A DNA stretch of 64,000 bases. Origin: Podarcis muralis (lineage: Eukaryota). Positions 37,054-48,766 of this stretch are shown piece after piece. Both the position numbers and the translations under genes were made by a program. The notes below the pieces were generated by a model. That model worked only from the letters and a program-made list of their open reading frames with translations. It searched no databases and was not told where the DNA came from. Positions within the stretch are counted from its first letter, which is position 1; every line of letters begins with the position of its first letter. The stretch spans positions 105,276,001-105,340,000 of the forward strand of contig NC_135655.1 in assembly GCF_964188315.1 (NCBI RefSeq), read 5' to 3'.

Positions 37054-37460
37054 GGGGAAGGCCTTTAGGTCTGTGGTAGAGCACATGCTTTGCATGCAGA
37101 TCGTAGAATTGGAGGGATCCTGAGGGTCATCTAGTCCAACCCCCACAATGCAAGAATCCTGCCCACAGCCATCCCTGGGTGAGCTCAAACCACCAAACCT
37201 CTGGTTAACAACCAGATGCACTTTCCCATTGCTCTACCTTAGCATCTCCAGATAGGGCTGAGAAGAAAGGCTCCCAGTCCCACCTAAATAAATCCTAGAA
37301 AGCCCCTGTCAGTCAGTGTAGCCCAGGGGTGGGGAACACATGGCCCTCCAGATATTGTTGAATTCCATCTCCAATGTTGCAGCCAACATGGCCATGAATC
37401 ATGAATGATGAGAGCAACATCTGGAATGCTACACATTCCCCATCACTGGTTTAGACAGTG
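37054..37460 (+). mobile_element. Squam3-like SINE with two nested insertions (tRNA-Asn-like SINE at 37110-37240, - strand; hAT MITE at 37324-37448)
   Basis: Head gtggtagagcacatgctttgcatgcaga resumes at agcatctccagatagggctg. MITE TSD gtgtagcc / gtttagac. Confidence 0.7.
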
Positions 37461-37855
37461 TAGTACCAATGTGTTAATATTGTCAACAAAGCAATAAAAC
37501 ATTATTAATCAGTTTATTATATATTCATAAAGCTGGTTGATTAAGACTTATGGTGTTATGTAATCTCTCACAAAAGAGAACTCTGAGGGTACATCAGTAC
37601 CACAAACATAAAATGGTTTTCTAGTCATTCCCTCTGGCCATATGGACAGTAACTCTGTCAGCATCCTCAACTATAATTCCAAGGATCATGCCAGTTAGAC
37701 AAATAGAAAGTCAATATAAGTTTGTTGCCTACATATCTCCTAAGAGGTCATGTTTATGTCAGACTCAGTAAATATTGCTCATGACATTAATAGTAACACT
37801 ATCACTGTCATTCAGCCACAGGGCTTTGGAGATTTCAAGTTCCTCTGGTGCTGCT

Positions 37856-38194
37856 AAAGGTAAAGGTAAAGGGACCCTGACCATTAGGTCCAGTCGTGGC
37901 CGACTCTGGGGTTGCAGCACTCATCTCACTTTATTGGCCGAGGGAGCCAGCGTACAGCTTCTGGGTCATGTGAGCAGCATTACTAAGCCACTTCTGGCAA
38001 ACCAGAGCAGTGCACGGAAACACCATTTACCTTCCCGCCGGAGTGGTACCTATTTAGCTACTTGACTTTGACTTGCTTTTGAACTGCTAGGTTGGCAGGA
38101 GCACGGACTGAGCAACGGGAGCTCACCCCGTCGCGGGGATTTGAACCGCCAACCTTCTGATCGGCAAGTCCTAGGCTCTGTGGTTTAACCCACA
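37856..38194 (-). mobile_element. Sauria SINE, near full length
   Basis: Aligns to the 16163 copy. Confidence 0.93.
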
Positions 38195-39665
38195 ATGCTT
38201 TCTCTCAGACCTCTGAGGCAGAGCTGGGAACGTAAGTCCTTGGTCTAGAATAGATTTTTGTTGGACTACATCTCCCATCTAACCAAGCCATCATGCCAGT
38301 GAATGGGAATGATGGGAGCTGTTGTCCAACTTTCTTTAGTGGGCCAGAGCTTGCCTACCCTGTCTTAAAGGCTCTGAATCTTCTGCATGGATGCAACATT
38401 GTGCCAACATGTGGAAGAATAAGAGGAGTTCATCCTTTTTTCTTAACCACCATGAGGCAGTTATTTGTTTGCACTACAGCAGCTAAAAACAGCCCTTTTC
38501 AGCTCCAAATGCCAATAAGTCTGACTCATTTGGCCTTTTTCCTGGCTACAACCATTTCAAGAAGTGGGTTTTTGAAACAACCACAGGCTTGGGCTTACAT
38601 AGTTACTATGGCCAAGATCCAAAGAAAAGATGGGCAGGAAGGAAAAGAGAATGGAATGCACAGCTGAAAGTTTGCTTGCGGCTTTCACTGCAACAAGCCA
38701 CTTACTAGACTGTACTAAGATTGTGTCTTCGGCATAAGAACCCATGTAGAGATGTCTACAGCAAAACAAAACACACAAACAGAGAAAGAGGAGAAACATG
38801 TTATCTTGTTTAGGTGTGATAAATGTTTTAATAAAGAATTACAAACCTTTGAAGAGAATTTTACACAGAACGCACATGAAAGGGGAGGGAAGCTGGAAAT
38901 CAAATAAAAATATTGAAAAAATAAAGTAAGACACAAGCTATGCAACCTGGTAAACTTAACAGAATGCAAATGCAGCATAATTACTAAGAAATTTAATCAC
39001 ATATGGTGAAAGATGAGAAGTAGTTCATTTGTCTCTCGAACTATGAAGCAGAACATAATAAAATTAGAGGGAATTGGCAAATCAAGAAGCTGTAATAAAA
39101 CAATTACAGGAAACAGGAAGAATTATCTGGCTTCCAATGATGCTTAACTGAACTCAAGAATGAGAGTAGTCCTATTTGCTCGGGGGGGGGGGGCAGGGAG
39201 GGCACTGTATTTCAGTCCACAGAATGCTTGTGGCTTTCAGTGGTCCCAGCTCAAAAGGTGGTGAGAGCAATCCTTATTTTTTTCTTCAGCAAAATTTATA
39301 TACCGTTTGACTGCATGGAAACCCCTGAGCAGTTTACAAAAATGTAAAATAAAACACATTTAAAAAACAACAACAGGTATTTAAGATGATTTTGATCATC
39401 TTAAATACCTGTTGTTGTTTTTTTGAACAGTGGCTAAAATGAAAAACAAAAAAACATGTAACCTCTGAATCTGTGGATAGACTTTCCTGGGCAAAATTGT
39501 TTTAAGCAAGCATTGAAAAGAGTACAGCCAAAGTACCTGCCTGGCATCAATAAGAAGGGTGTTCTAAAGTATAGGTGCTGCCACACTAAAAGATTTATAT
39601 CTTACAAATGCGGAATGGGTATTATGTGGCACCTATAACAGTACCAGTCCTCCAAAGGGAAGTGG

Positions 39666-39795
39666 ACCTTGGTAGCTCAGTCAGTAGAGCATGAGACTCT
39701 TCATCTTAGGGTCGCAGGTTCAAGCCTCACGTTGGGCAAAAGATTCCTGCATTGCAGGTGGTTGGACTAATTGGCCCTTGTGGTATGATTCTATA
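39666..39795 (+). mobile_element. tRNA-Lys(CTT)-derived SINE with CR1-type 3' tail
   Basis: 39666-39738 resembles tRNA-Lys-CTT (tagctcagtcagtagagcatgagactctt...cacgttgggc). It is followed by attcctgcattgcagg..ttggacta...gattcta. Confidence 0.8.
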
Positions 39796-39954
39796 AGTGG
39801 GCCAATGTGGAACAAGGTGATCTCACAAATAAACTGGTCTCAAGTTGTTATTTCTCCCTCTTTCATTGTTGTTGATGGGGAGGAAATGACTTAGCACCAG
39901 TCCCCAACCGAGTGTTTGAGACCATGTCTGTAAAATGAGAGGAGTTAAGATCTG

Positions 39955-40082
39955 ACATAGGAAGATAGGGAGCTGCCTTTATATCGAGTTAGACCACTGT
40001 ATTGTCTACATTGACCAGAAGCAGCTTTCCAGCGGTTTAGACAGGGATTTTTTTCCCCCTAGCTCTACTTGGAAATGCCTGT
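39955..40082 (-). mobile_element. Squam3-like SINE fragment
   Basis: acataggaag...agctgcctttata...gtctacattgacc tail. Confidence 0.6.
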
Positions 40083-40875
40083 TAGCATATGGAGTTTATG
40101 TGCAACTGCGGACATTAACTTTATTGGAGCACACCTCTAATTAGAAAGGATTCAGACTGAGTCCTGGTGTAAAATGAGAAGGCTGATGTTTATTAAGGGA
40201 AGGAAGGAGTTTTATAGTCCTGACTAAGTAGCTGGGGAATCAAAGTAGCCATGCTTGCCCCTTTGTTCTCAGAAGATAAATTCAAGATAGCCTCATGAGG
40301 TCCAGAAAAAGTGTGAGGAGAAAGTTGTAAACAGGATGCACTCTAAGATGTATCAGTCTAAACTTTGAAGGATAGGGAAATCAACATAGAGGTGAAAAGT
40401 ACAAGGATAATCTCTGGGAATCTGGGGGTCTCGTACTTATCTGTTTATACCTCATGCAAACACCCTTCTGTATTTTCAGTAGCGATGGCAGATCTGCAGT
40501 CATTGGTGTAAGAAGCCTTATATTTCAACCTAATTCTCATCTTATTATTGTTCATTATATATCACTTAACCCCCAACATAGACTTCTAAACTAAAACCAA
40601 TCAGACAAGTCTTAAAATATACACATTAAGAATTACAACACCCAATAAAACAATCCCTTTAAATATAAATATAAAATATAAATAGCCGTAATTAAAGTAT
40701 GAAATAAAACGATCCCTAATGCACCTCAGTCAGAAAAATTGTGAGTATACATTTGCACTGGCAATAAATGAATATTCTGTTAACAGGAGTTCTGGAGAAA
40801 TAATGTGATCAAGACTTGGTTCTTTATTTAAAAAGAAAATGATAATATTTTTGTAGACAAGTAAAGGATTGTTTA

Positions 40876-41237
40876 AGGGACGCGGGTGGCACTGTGGGTA
40901 AAAGCCTCAACGCCTAGGGCTTGCCGATCGAAAGGTCGGCGGTTCGAATCCCCGCGGCGGGGTGCGCTCCCGTTGTTCGGTCCCAGCACCTGCCAACCTA
41001 GCAGTTTGAAAGCACCCCCGGGTGCAAGTAGATAAATAGGGACCGCTTATTAGCGGGAAGGTAAACGGCGTTTCCGTGTGCGGCTCTGGCTCGCCAGAGC
41101 AGCGATGTCACGCTGGCCACGTGACCCGGAAGTGTCTGTGGACAGCGCTGGCCCCCGGCCTCTTGAGTGAGATGGGCGCACAACCCTAGAGTCTGTCAAG
41201 ACTGGCCCGAAGGGCAGGGGTACCTTTACCTTTACCT
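40876..41237 (+). mobile_element. Sauria SINE, second subfamily, full length
   Basis: Pol III head. TSD taaaggattgttta at 40862-40875; the intact right copy is at 41572-41585, beyond the nested hAT element. Confidence 0.93.
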
Positions 41238-41242
41238 TAAAG

Positions 41243-41568
41243 CAGTGTTTTTCAACCACTGTTCCGTGGCACACTAGTGTGCCGCGAGATGTTGCTTGGT
41301 GTGCCGTGGGAAAAATTGAAAAATTCGAAATATTTAAAAATAAAGTATTTTATAATTTTTCATATTTCTGTTTACTTACTATTTCATAATAAAGTAATTA
41401 TAAACTACTTTCTTTGTGTTTATTTGATTCCTATTCAAGAGAATTACTTTATATATAGTCAATATAGGCACAGAGTTAAATTTTTTAACATTTTCTAATG
41501 GTGGTGTGCCGCGTGATTTTTTTCATGAAACAAGTGTGCCTTTGCCCAAAAAAGGTTGAAAAACACTG
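41243..41568. mobile_element. hAT (Charlie-like) non-autonomous DNA transposon, 326 bp
   Basis: Perfect 15-bp TIR cagtgtttttcaacc / ggttgaaaaacactg, perfect 8-bp TSD ccttaaag. Confidence 0.95.
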
Positions 41569-42923
41569 CCTTAAAGGATTGTTTACTAGGGAGATGAAAC
41601 AACCCTTTAATGTCAATATCGTCTACGTCTGAAGGAAGACTCTTCATGGAGATCACTTTGTACATTTTATAAGTACCAGAATATAGTAACTAGCATGCTA
41701 CCATACAGAGAACTGGGACAAAATTTGGAATCAGAAGGGAAAGGACTCCAAAGTGATTTTATACTCGCTGAAATATTGTGTAAAATATATTATGTAAATG
41801 TCATCCTATTTACATAAGAGAGAAGAAAATTAAATAAAAATGGGGAATGCCTTTTAAATTTAATGTATTTATAATGGGTCACTGTGCATAATAGTGGCTC
41901 ATCTTGCCCAGCATTCTGTTCTCACAGTGGCTGAACAGGTTCCTGTGGAAAACCAGCAAGCAGGATTCCACACATGCACGGAAGGAGCCAATAAACTTGT
42001 GATAATGGGGGGAAACCTCCAGCACACATCCGTACATCATACACACATGACATAGAAAATGATGCCACCACTTCCCTGCTCCATTAACCCCAGTAGCACA
42101 GGCAGCGACTAATCTGACAGATTAGCTCAAAACCGTCAGCTAAAATCTCATTTACACACTTTGTAAGGCTGAAAAACTAATGTGCAAAGCCTTTTGGCAA
42201 TTGGTTAGCAAGAGTTTCATTTACAGCAGTTGCTAGAAATCTTTTCAGAATAAAAGGGGCCCCCTAAGGCTGCAATTATAAGCAAACTGATGCTCCAGTC
42301 TTAATCATTCTTTCACTTTAGAGAGGGACTTGCTTCTGAGAAGGCCTGAACATAGAGTGGGACTTACTATTTCGGAGTATACCTGCCTATGAATTAAAGC
42401 AGCTTAAAACAGAAAAATATTGCCATCTGTGCATATATAAAGAGTTATGAGAGCTGAGATCTGCAAGAGAATAATTGTGTGCTCCTTTCGCTTCAATTCA
42501 ATAGAAAGGGAATACCAAGAGGCAGCTAAGGCGTTCAGAACACAGAGATATTTCAGCATTGATTTTAAACTTGCAGTAAATACTACTGGAGAAGCATCTA
42601 CACCAGTCAATATTAGGGCTCTCTAAAGTTGTGCTAATGACATCTTCTAAGAATAGAGCCAATAGGCTACCTTTAAACCAGTAAATGCCACTGTCTGCTA
42701 TTCAGATTGGAACAGGATGTGATCATTAAGTGGGCCTCTTTTTGTTTTTGTTTTAAGTAGACTAGTTGTCAGTGGTCGTTGAATGGCAAACACTAAAATC
42801 TAAGCATGCCTCTGTGTGGGGATAACCCAAGCCTCCTGTTTTCTAAAGCAAAAATCTAACTGATTAAGTTTACTCGAGAAATGTAATTTTCAGTATGATG
42901 AGTTCATAAAAATATTGACTTCT

Positions 42924-43351
42924 TAGAATAGAATAGAATAGAATAGAATAGATTCTTTATTGTCATTACACAAGTGCAACATTGCACAAGTGCAACGAAA
43001 TTGGATGCCATCCCTTAAAAACAACAAAAGCAAAACAACAACAACAACCAAACAAACCACATTCCAGCCACACCCACACCAACACCCATCAAACTCCCAG
43101 GTCACACTATCGAGTTACAGCATTCAAAAAGGCCACAGCTCTTGGATAGAAACTGTTTTTCAGTCTATTTGTCCTTGACTTGATGTTTCTATATCTCCTG
43201 CCAGAAGGCAGTAGTGCAAACAGACTGTGTCCCGGGTGAGATGAATCCTGCAGGATGTTGTTTGCTTTCCTAAGACAACGGGAACCGTACAGTTCTTCCA
43301 AAGATGGGAGAGGATGACCAATAATCCTTTGGGCTGTGGTTATGACCTTCT
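42924..43351 (-). mobile_element. Rex1/Babar-like LINE 3' fragment with (CTATT)n tail
   Basis: Open frame KVITTAQRIIGHPLPSLEELYGSRCLRKANNILQDSSHPGHSLFALLPSGRRYRNIKSRTNRLKNSFYPRAVAFLN matches the recalled Rex1/Babar ORF C-terminus. Confidence 0.85.
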
Positions 43352-46280
43352 TGTACCAATTATGGGAATACAAATGATAGAAACAAGGCTTGAAATACTT
43401 TGTTGATTAATTTATAAAACTTACAAAAAATGCAAGAAAATAGAATACAGTAATGGAGTAGAGGGCTATTTTAAGTGAATGTCTTGACTTCTGTCTGAAT
43501 ACTAACCCAAAGGCCTAAAAAATGTGTGTTGTGTTATTTTCCACAGTCACAAAGCCAGATAAATATGTTTGATTTATGACCGCAGCATATCGTTTTGCAA
43601 ATGGGCTAACTGAATTTGAAAATTGCTTCGTTAAAAATATGTATTTAAAAAGCACATGGATAGTTGCTTTTGCACTTGACCTAAAATATGTTGACCTTTA
43701 TCCCAATCCTGTTGTTTAACCCAGTATGTCTCAAAATATGAAATATGGCTACTGCTTCTTATCTTCTGCAACATAAAGTCAACAACTGGTTAAAGCTATT
43801 GAGTTGGTGCATCTCTTGCCATGGCACTGTAGCAGCTGTATTATTTGAGCTGTATTATTTCTGATTCCTCAAAAGCACAAATGTGTTAAGGGATTACCTC
43901 CTCCCCACATTCCCCGTAGCTACCAGAATTTATGATTAACATTTTATTTTTGTGTGCAACACATTTGGAGTTGAGAGTGCAGTCACATATTTCAGCACAG
44001 TGAAATTCCCACATTTTGACTGTTGGTTGAATGCTAATTTAGATAATATTTTCATAATCCTTGTCTTATGATTTACTACTTTCCATCAAGCCGTTTGCTT
44101 ATTATAAAACAACCTCCAAAATAGTAACGAATAGTCTGGGAATATCAGCATACCAAGTGCATACCTTCTGGGAGACATGTTTAACTTCTTAGCAATGTAA
44201 ACATGTGTTTGTTTATAATATTAATAGGGAGCTATTCCGTTACTTTACATTTTATACTTAGGAGAAAATGATTGGTTTGCAGTTTTGTTCCCCCAAGCAT
44301 TAAGATATTTATTTTTGCAATACTGAAAAACCTTTTGTCACTAAAGAAAACATTATTCTGGATATGTCATATATACCCGGTGCTCCAGAGCGCAGTTCCA
44401 GCACCTCTCAGGTGGGCACCATTGCAGGCTAACGCTTTCCCCTCCCGCTTCTTGCCTTTATGTACTTCTGAGAAACCCAAAACGAACTTTTCTCAAAATG
44501 AAAGTTAGCCAATGTGTGTGTGTGTGTCTACTCTGGTTTTTTCAGAACTATGACTCCACCTAGCTCCTAGCCACTCCTAGCCACAATTGGTTAAAGCTAC
44601 GGGGCAGGGCCAATACGTATTTCCTTTTTTTCGATTCGTCTCCTGTGTAGCGGCAGCAGGCTTTAAGCTGTCCAGCCAGGTATAAGGGCCCTTCCGAGTT
44701 CCCCTAGCCACAAGCCAAAATCTAATAGAACAAGGGAGGTGGGGGCGTATTTATTTGACCTGCACCAGAACCAGAGGAGACCCCCAAACCAGCTAGGGAG
44801 ACATCTTGTGGCGGTTTTTAGCACCTCTGTGGGGGGTGAACGTGGCTGTTGTCGGGGGAAATTTTGCAAAATGTCAGGGAAAACCCGGATATATGGCAGC
44901 GCAATGGAAAAAGCAGTGGGAGCAGCTTTTTGAAATTTACTTTTTACTTTTTTACAGCAACTCTAGAAAACAACAGTTGTTGGGGGAAGAAGCTTGATAT
45001 TATTGTCTATTTTAGCAGGATGAAAATTTTTCAGTCTCTTCCTACATTTCCTACAAAGGGTTCTTAATTAAGTTTTTAAATAGCTTGCATGATTTTGATT
45101 GATCTCATTTTTACCCCTATAAGAGGATTCAAGAATTTCCAGCAACCATTAATTTGTTCTCAAGGTAAGCTTAGCATTTGGCTTTGTCTTTCCACCGGTT
45201 GCTTGGGATATTATGTGCACGGATTTGCTTATCTCTGCGCGATTAGATAAATACATATGTTCTCTATGGCAATGGGCCAGCCGAGAGGGAGTAACTGCTT
45301 AGCTGACCACTTCAGCAATGGGGAATGGAACAAAATGCGTGTTCTTTAGAGCTGTCTGTGTGGAGGGCATGCCTGGTTTTCATCAGAGAAGTGAAAAGGG
45401 GGGAGAAGCATTTGTTGCTCTTAAAACCACAGTGAAAGGAACTGCAGTGGAGCTACTGCAGTGTGCTCTGTGAGCAAGGTGAGGAGATGACTCTTGGAAT
45501 CACTATTCCATCACTGGGCCATCTTGTCTGTGAGTTCTGGAAGACCTGCTCCCTCCCTTGCAGGCCTTTCCCCACCTGGCTGACTCCAACTGCAAAAGCT
45601 GCAGCTTCTAAAGAGAATATTGGGCTGGGGTATTAGGGTTTTTTGTTGCTGCTGTTGTTTTTTTGTATTTCGTATTTTGGATCTTATGATCTATGTGGAA
45701 ATTGTTCATTTGGTTCTGTATTTTTTGATGTTTTGTTTATTGTTTATGACCACATTTGTTATGTTTGCAGTTAAGGTTTTTTATATATTGTAAGCCGTCT
45801 TTAGCATGGTTTCAACCTTGGAAAGGCAGCATGCAAATAAAATGATTTATTAATTGATTGACTGCTCCATGGAAAGGAAGCCATTTTCACACAACAACTA
45901 TCCTATCTCTGTGGTGCTGAGCATGATACGCTAGGGAGAGGAGGGGGTTGGAAGTCTTTAAAGGTTTCTGAGCAGGACACAAAGGTACATGTCAAATGTC
46001 TGAGAAGCCTTGAAGAAGAGGAAACAAAGAAGGCGGAATGTGACAACAGTGTAGAAATATGTGGAAGTCTGGGTATTATTCAATCCAGACAAGTTCCTGG
46101 ATATTTTCACAGAACTGAAAATTGTGGGGGCAGGACTCAAGCCTTCTGCATTGCTAGAAGCCCTACGACTCCAGCCAGCTAGACAATTGTTTTCTTTCTG
46201 CTTGAACGTATCAAGCTCCTGATTTCCTTTTGTACAACAATACTTCCTTACCCCAGTGTTCAACCCGCACCCTACCCAAA

Positions 46281-46330
46281 TCGTAGAATCTTAAGAGTTG
46301 GAAGGGACCCCGAGGATCATCTAGTCCAAA
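46281..46330 (-). mobile_element. CR1-type 3' tail fragment
   Basis: tcgtagaatc..agagttggaagggaccccgaggatcatctagtccaa. Confidence 0.65.
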
Positions 46331-48361
46331 TCTCCTCTTAAAGGGTTGGGGAAAGTTGAAATCCCTAGAACAGATTTAAGATGCGCACAGGCGGGGGGGG
46401 GGGGGAGACCTGTTGAGCAAGGGGAAATTCTTGCACTGACTGGACCATGGTTTTGCTCTGCTTAGCAGATACAACACGACAGATGCAAAGCACACTTAAA
46501 CCATTTTAATATTCACTGCTTCCCCCAAAGAATCCTAGGAACTGCCATTTATTGATGGGAGTTGTTAGGAGACTCTTAAACTATAGTCCTCAGGATTATT
46601 TGGGGGAAGCCATCATGGTTAATGTGTTAAAAGAGTCCTTTAAATGTACATTGTGGATGTGACACCAGAGCTACACCAGTGGGAAAAATCTCCCCAGTGG
46701 GATTGTTCCACAGCATCTTCATTATTATGCAAAATATTGTGCAGACCTTAAGCTAGTTTAAGGATCTTGAGAGCCTTTTGCGAACAGAAGCGCCTCTGAA
46801 TTTCAGTTCTCTTTTTCTCCGCACATGAAGGTAAAGTCAGAATACGCCGTTCTGCATGAGGAAAAGGTCTTCCACTCACCAAAGGGCATCTCTGTCTCCA
46901 ATCCTGTTATGTTTCATTTGAATCTTAGTCTTTTCACTGCCTGCTGTTCTGTATACTTCTGGATGCAGAAAGTGTTCTTCCATTGATCTTTATCTGTATG
47001 TTAAAACAAGGAAGGTTAATTAACACCTTCCATTATCTGTGTTACTTTTTAATTGCCCAATTAATCAGTGATGTATCAAACACAATACAACAGAGATTTT
47101 CAAGTGCCACAAGACTCTTAACACATTGATTGTGCCATAAGCTTTCTTGGGATTAAAGTCAACTTCATCAGATACACAATAAAGGTGTGAGGAACCTTTT
47201 TCAGTCTGGGGAGCACATTCCCTTCTAGGCAGTTTTCCCAGGGCCAAATGCCAGGGGTGGGCAGGGCCAGAGGCAAATGTGGACAGAGAAAATAATTTTA
47301 CCTCTGTACAATAGGCTCTTTTCTACATAGAGGATAGACAGGGGTGTGTGAGCCTAAGCCAAAGTTATCATCAGAGTTCAAGGGCACATTCCACTGGAGG
47401 AGGGGAAACAGTCAAGGAGTGTGTGAAGATGGACCAGTGATGTGTGGACATGGGAGGTGATATGGCCTGGGGAAAGGCCTGAGGGCCAGATGAAGAGACC
47501 TGAAGGGCCATTTACGTGCAGATGGTGGTAGGGCGGGATTGTAAGCAGTGAAATCCTAAAGATATGCAATGCAGAGAGTTATCAACAGGGACAACTACTT
47601 TAAAGTTTAATGGTAGCCATTCACAAAACTGTGGGGGCCAAAGCCAAGGTTTTTGTGTTAATCCCCAGCGCTGCTTGGCTGATGATCACCGCTGAGCTGT
47701 AATGTAAATGCCACTGTCTCCTCTACATTTTTTGCATTCAATTTCCCTCTGACCTCACTGTTTCTTGCACCGACTATGGCTCACAAAAACTTGTGCCACA
47801 ATAAATTTGTTACAGTCTTTTAAGATGCCACAAGACTCTTTGATGGTTTTGCTGCATCTAACATGACCATAATGCAAGTCTCTTGGCAAAGCTTTGCAAA
47901 ACAAAACAACGGTTTCAACAAAGTCCAGAGAAGCTATTTTTAAAATTCCCTTACAACAGCCGTGATACGTTCTGGTGCCCAGAGGAGTGGCAAGACCATG
48001 TCATTACTTGCCTTTATTTTTCTGACTCCATGGAATAAAGGCAACTAACTGCTGTTACACCAAATGAGGCATTGAACCTAAAAAAGCGTTAGGCACCAGA
48101 CACTGAGTATTCTAAAGATAAACAAACCACTTGAAATTGCCAGGGGACTTGTTGTTAAGTGTCATTCTTTATTCCAATCACCATCACCACATAATTAGTA
48201 TCAGTTTGTGAAGAGGTGCCAAACTGCATTGAGCAAGTACTATTTGTGTGTTACTGTGTGCATTATAAGAATGCATGAACCTATATTAAAAGTATGGTAT
48301 GTGGTTTTTTAAAAAAAGGTCCAGCAAAACACTTGGAATCAGTTCCATAGCTGCCCTCCAT

Positions 48362-48766
48362 CAGTGCTGGATATACGTATAAGCTAAACAAGCTATAGCT
48401 TAGGGCTCCACTCTCTTGGGGGCCCCAAAAAAATTTGAAGAAAAAAACTGGATGTACATTTCCAAAATATAAGATAAAACACAAATAAAATAAAACCTAC
48501 ATACAGCAACAGTGTTTTGTGTTGTGTAGGCTCCTATGATGTAAGTAATGGGCTCCGCCTGCTAGCCTGCTCCCTAAAATATTACTGGTTTGCTTATTTC
48601 TATATATAGGGTGCCTACATTCTGCATGTGCAAATGGCTTTAGATACCTATTAGGTCCATAAATTACCATATTGGATATATTCAACACAAAAAACAGCGA
48701 CAATTTGTTGTTGACAAAGGACAGCTGGACTTATAAAGGGCCTCATCAAACCTAAATCCGGCCCTG
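48362..48766. mobile_element. hAT non-autonomous element, 405 bp
   Basis: TIR cagtgctggat / atccggccctg, perfect 8-bp TSD ccctccat. Confidence 0.88.

Noticed and set aside
39666-39738. Possible functional tRNA-Lys(CTT) gene
   Set aside because: The acceptor stem is disrupted, the anticodon loop (cttc) and T arm are mutated, and it is fused to a CR1-type tail. It is a SINE head.
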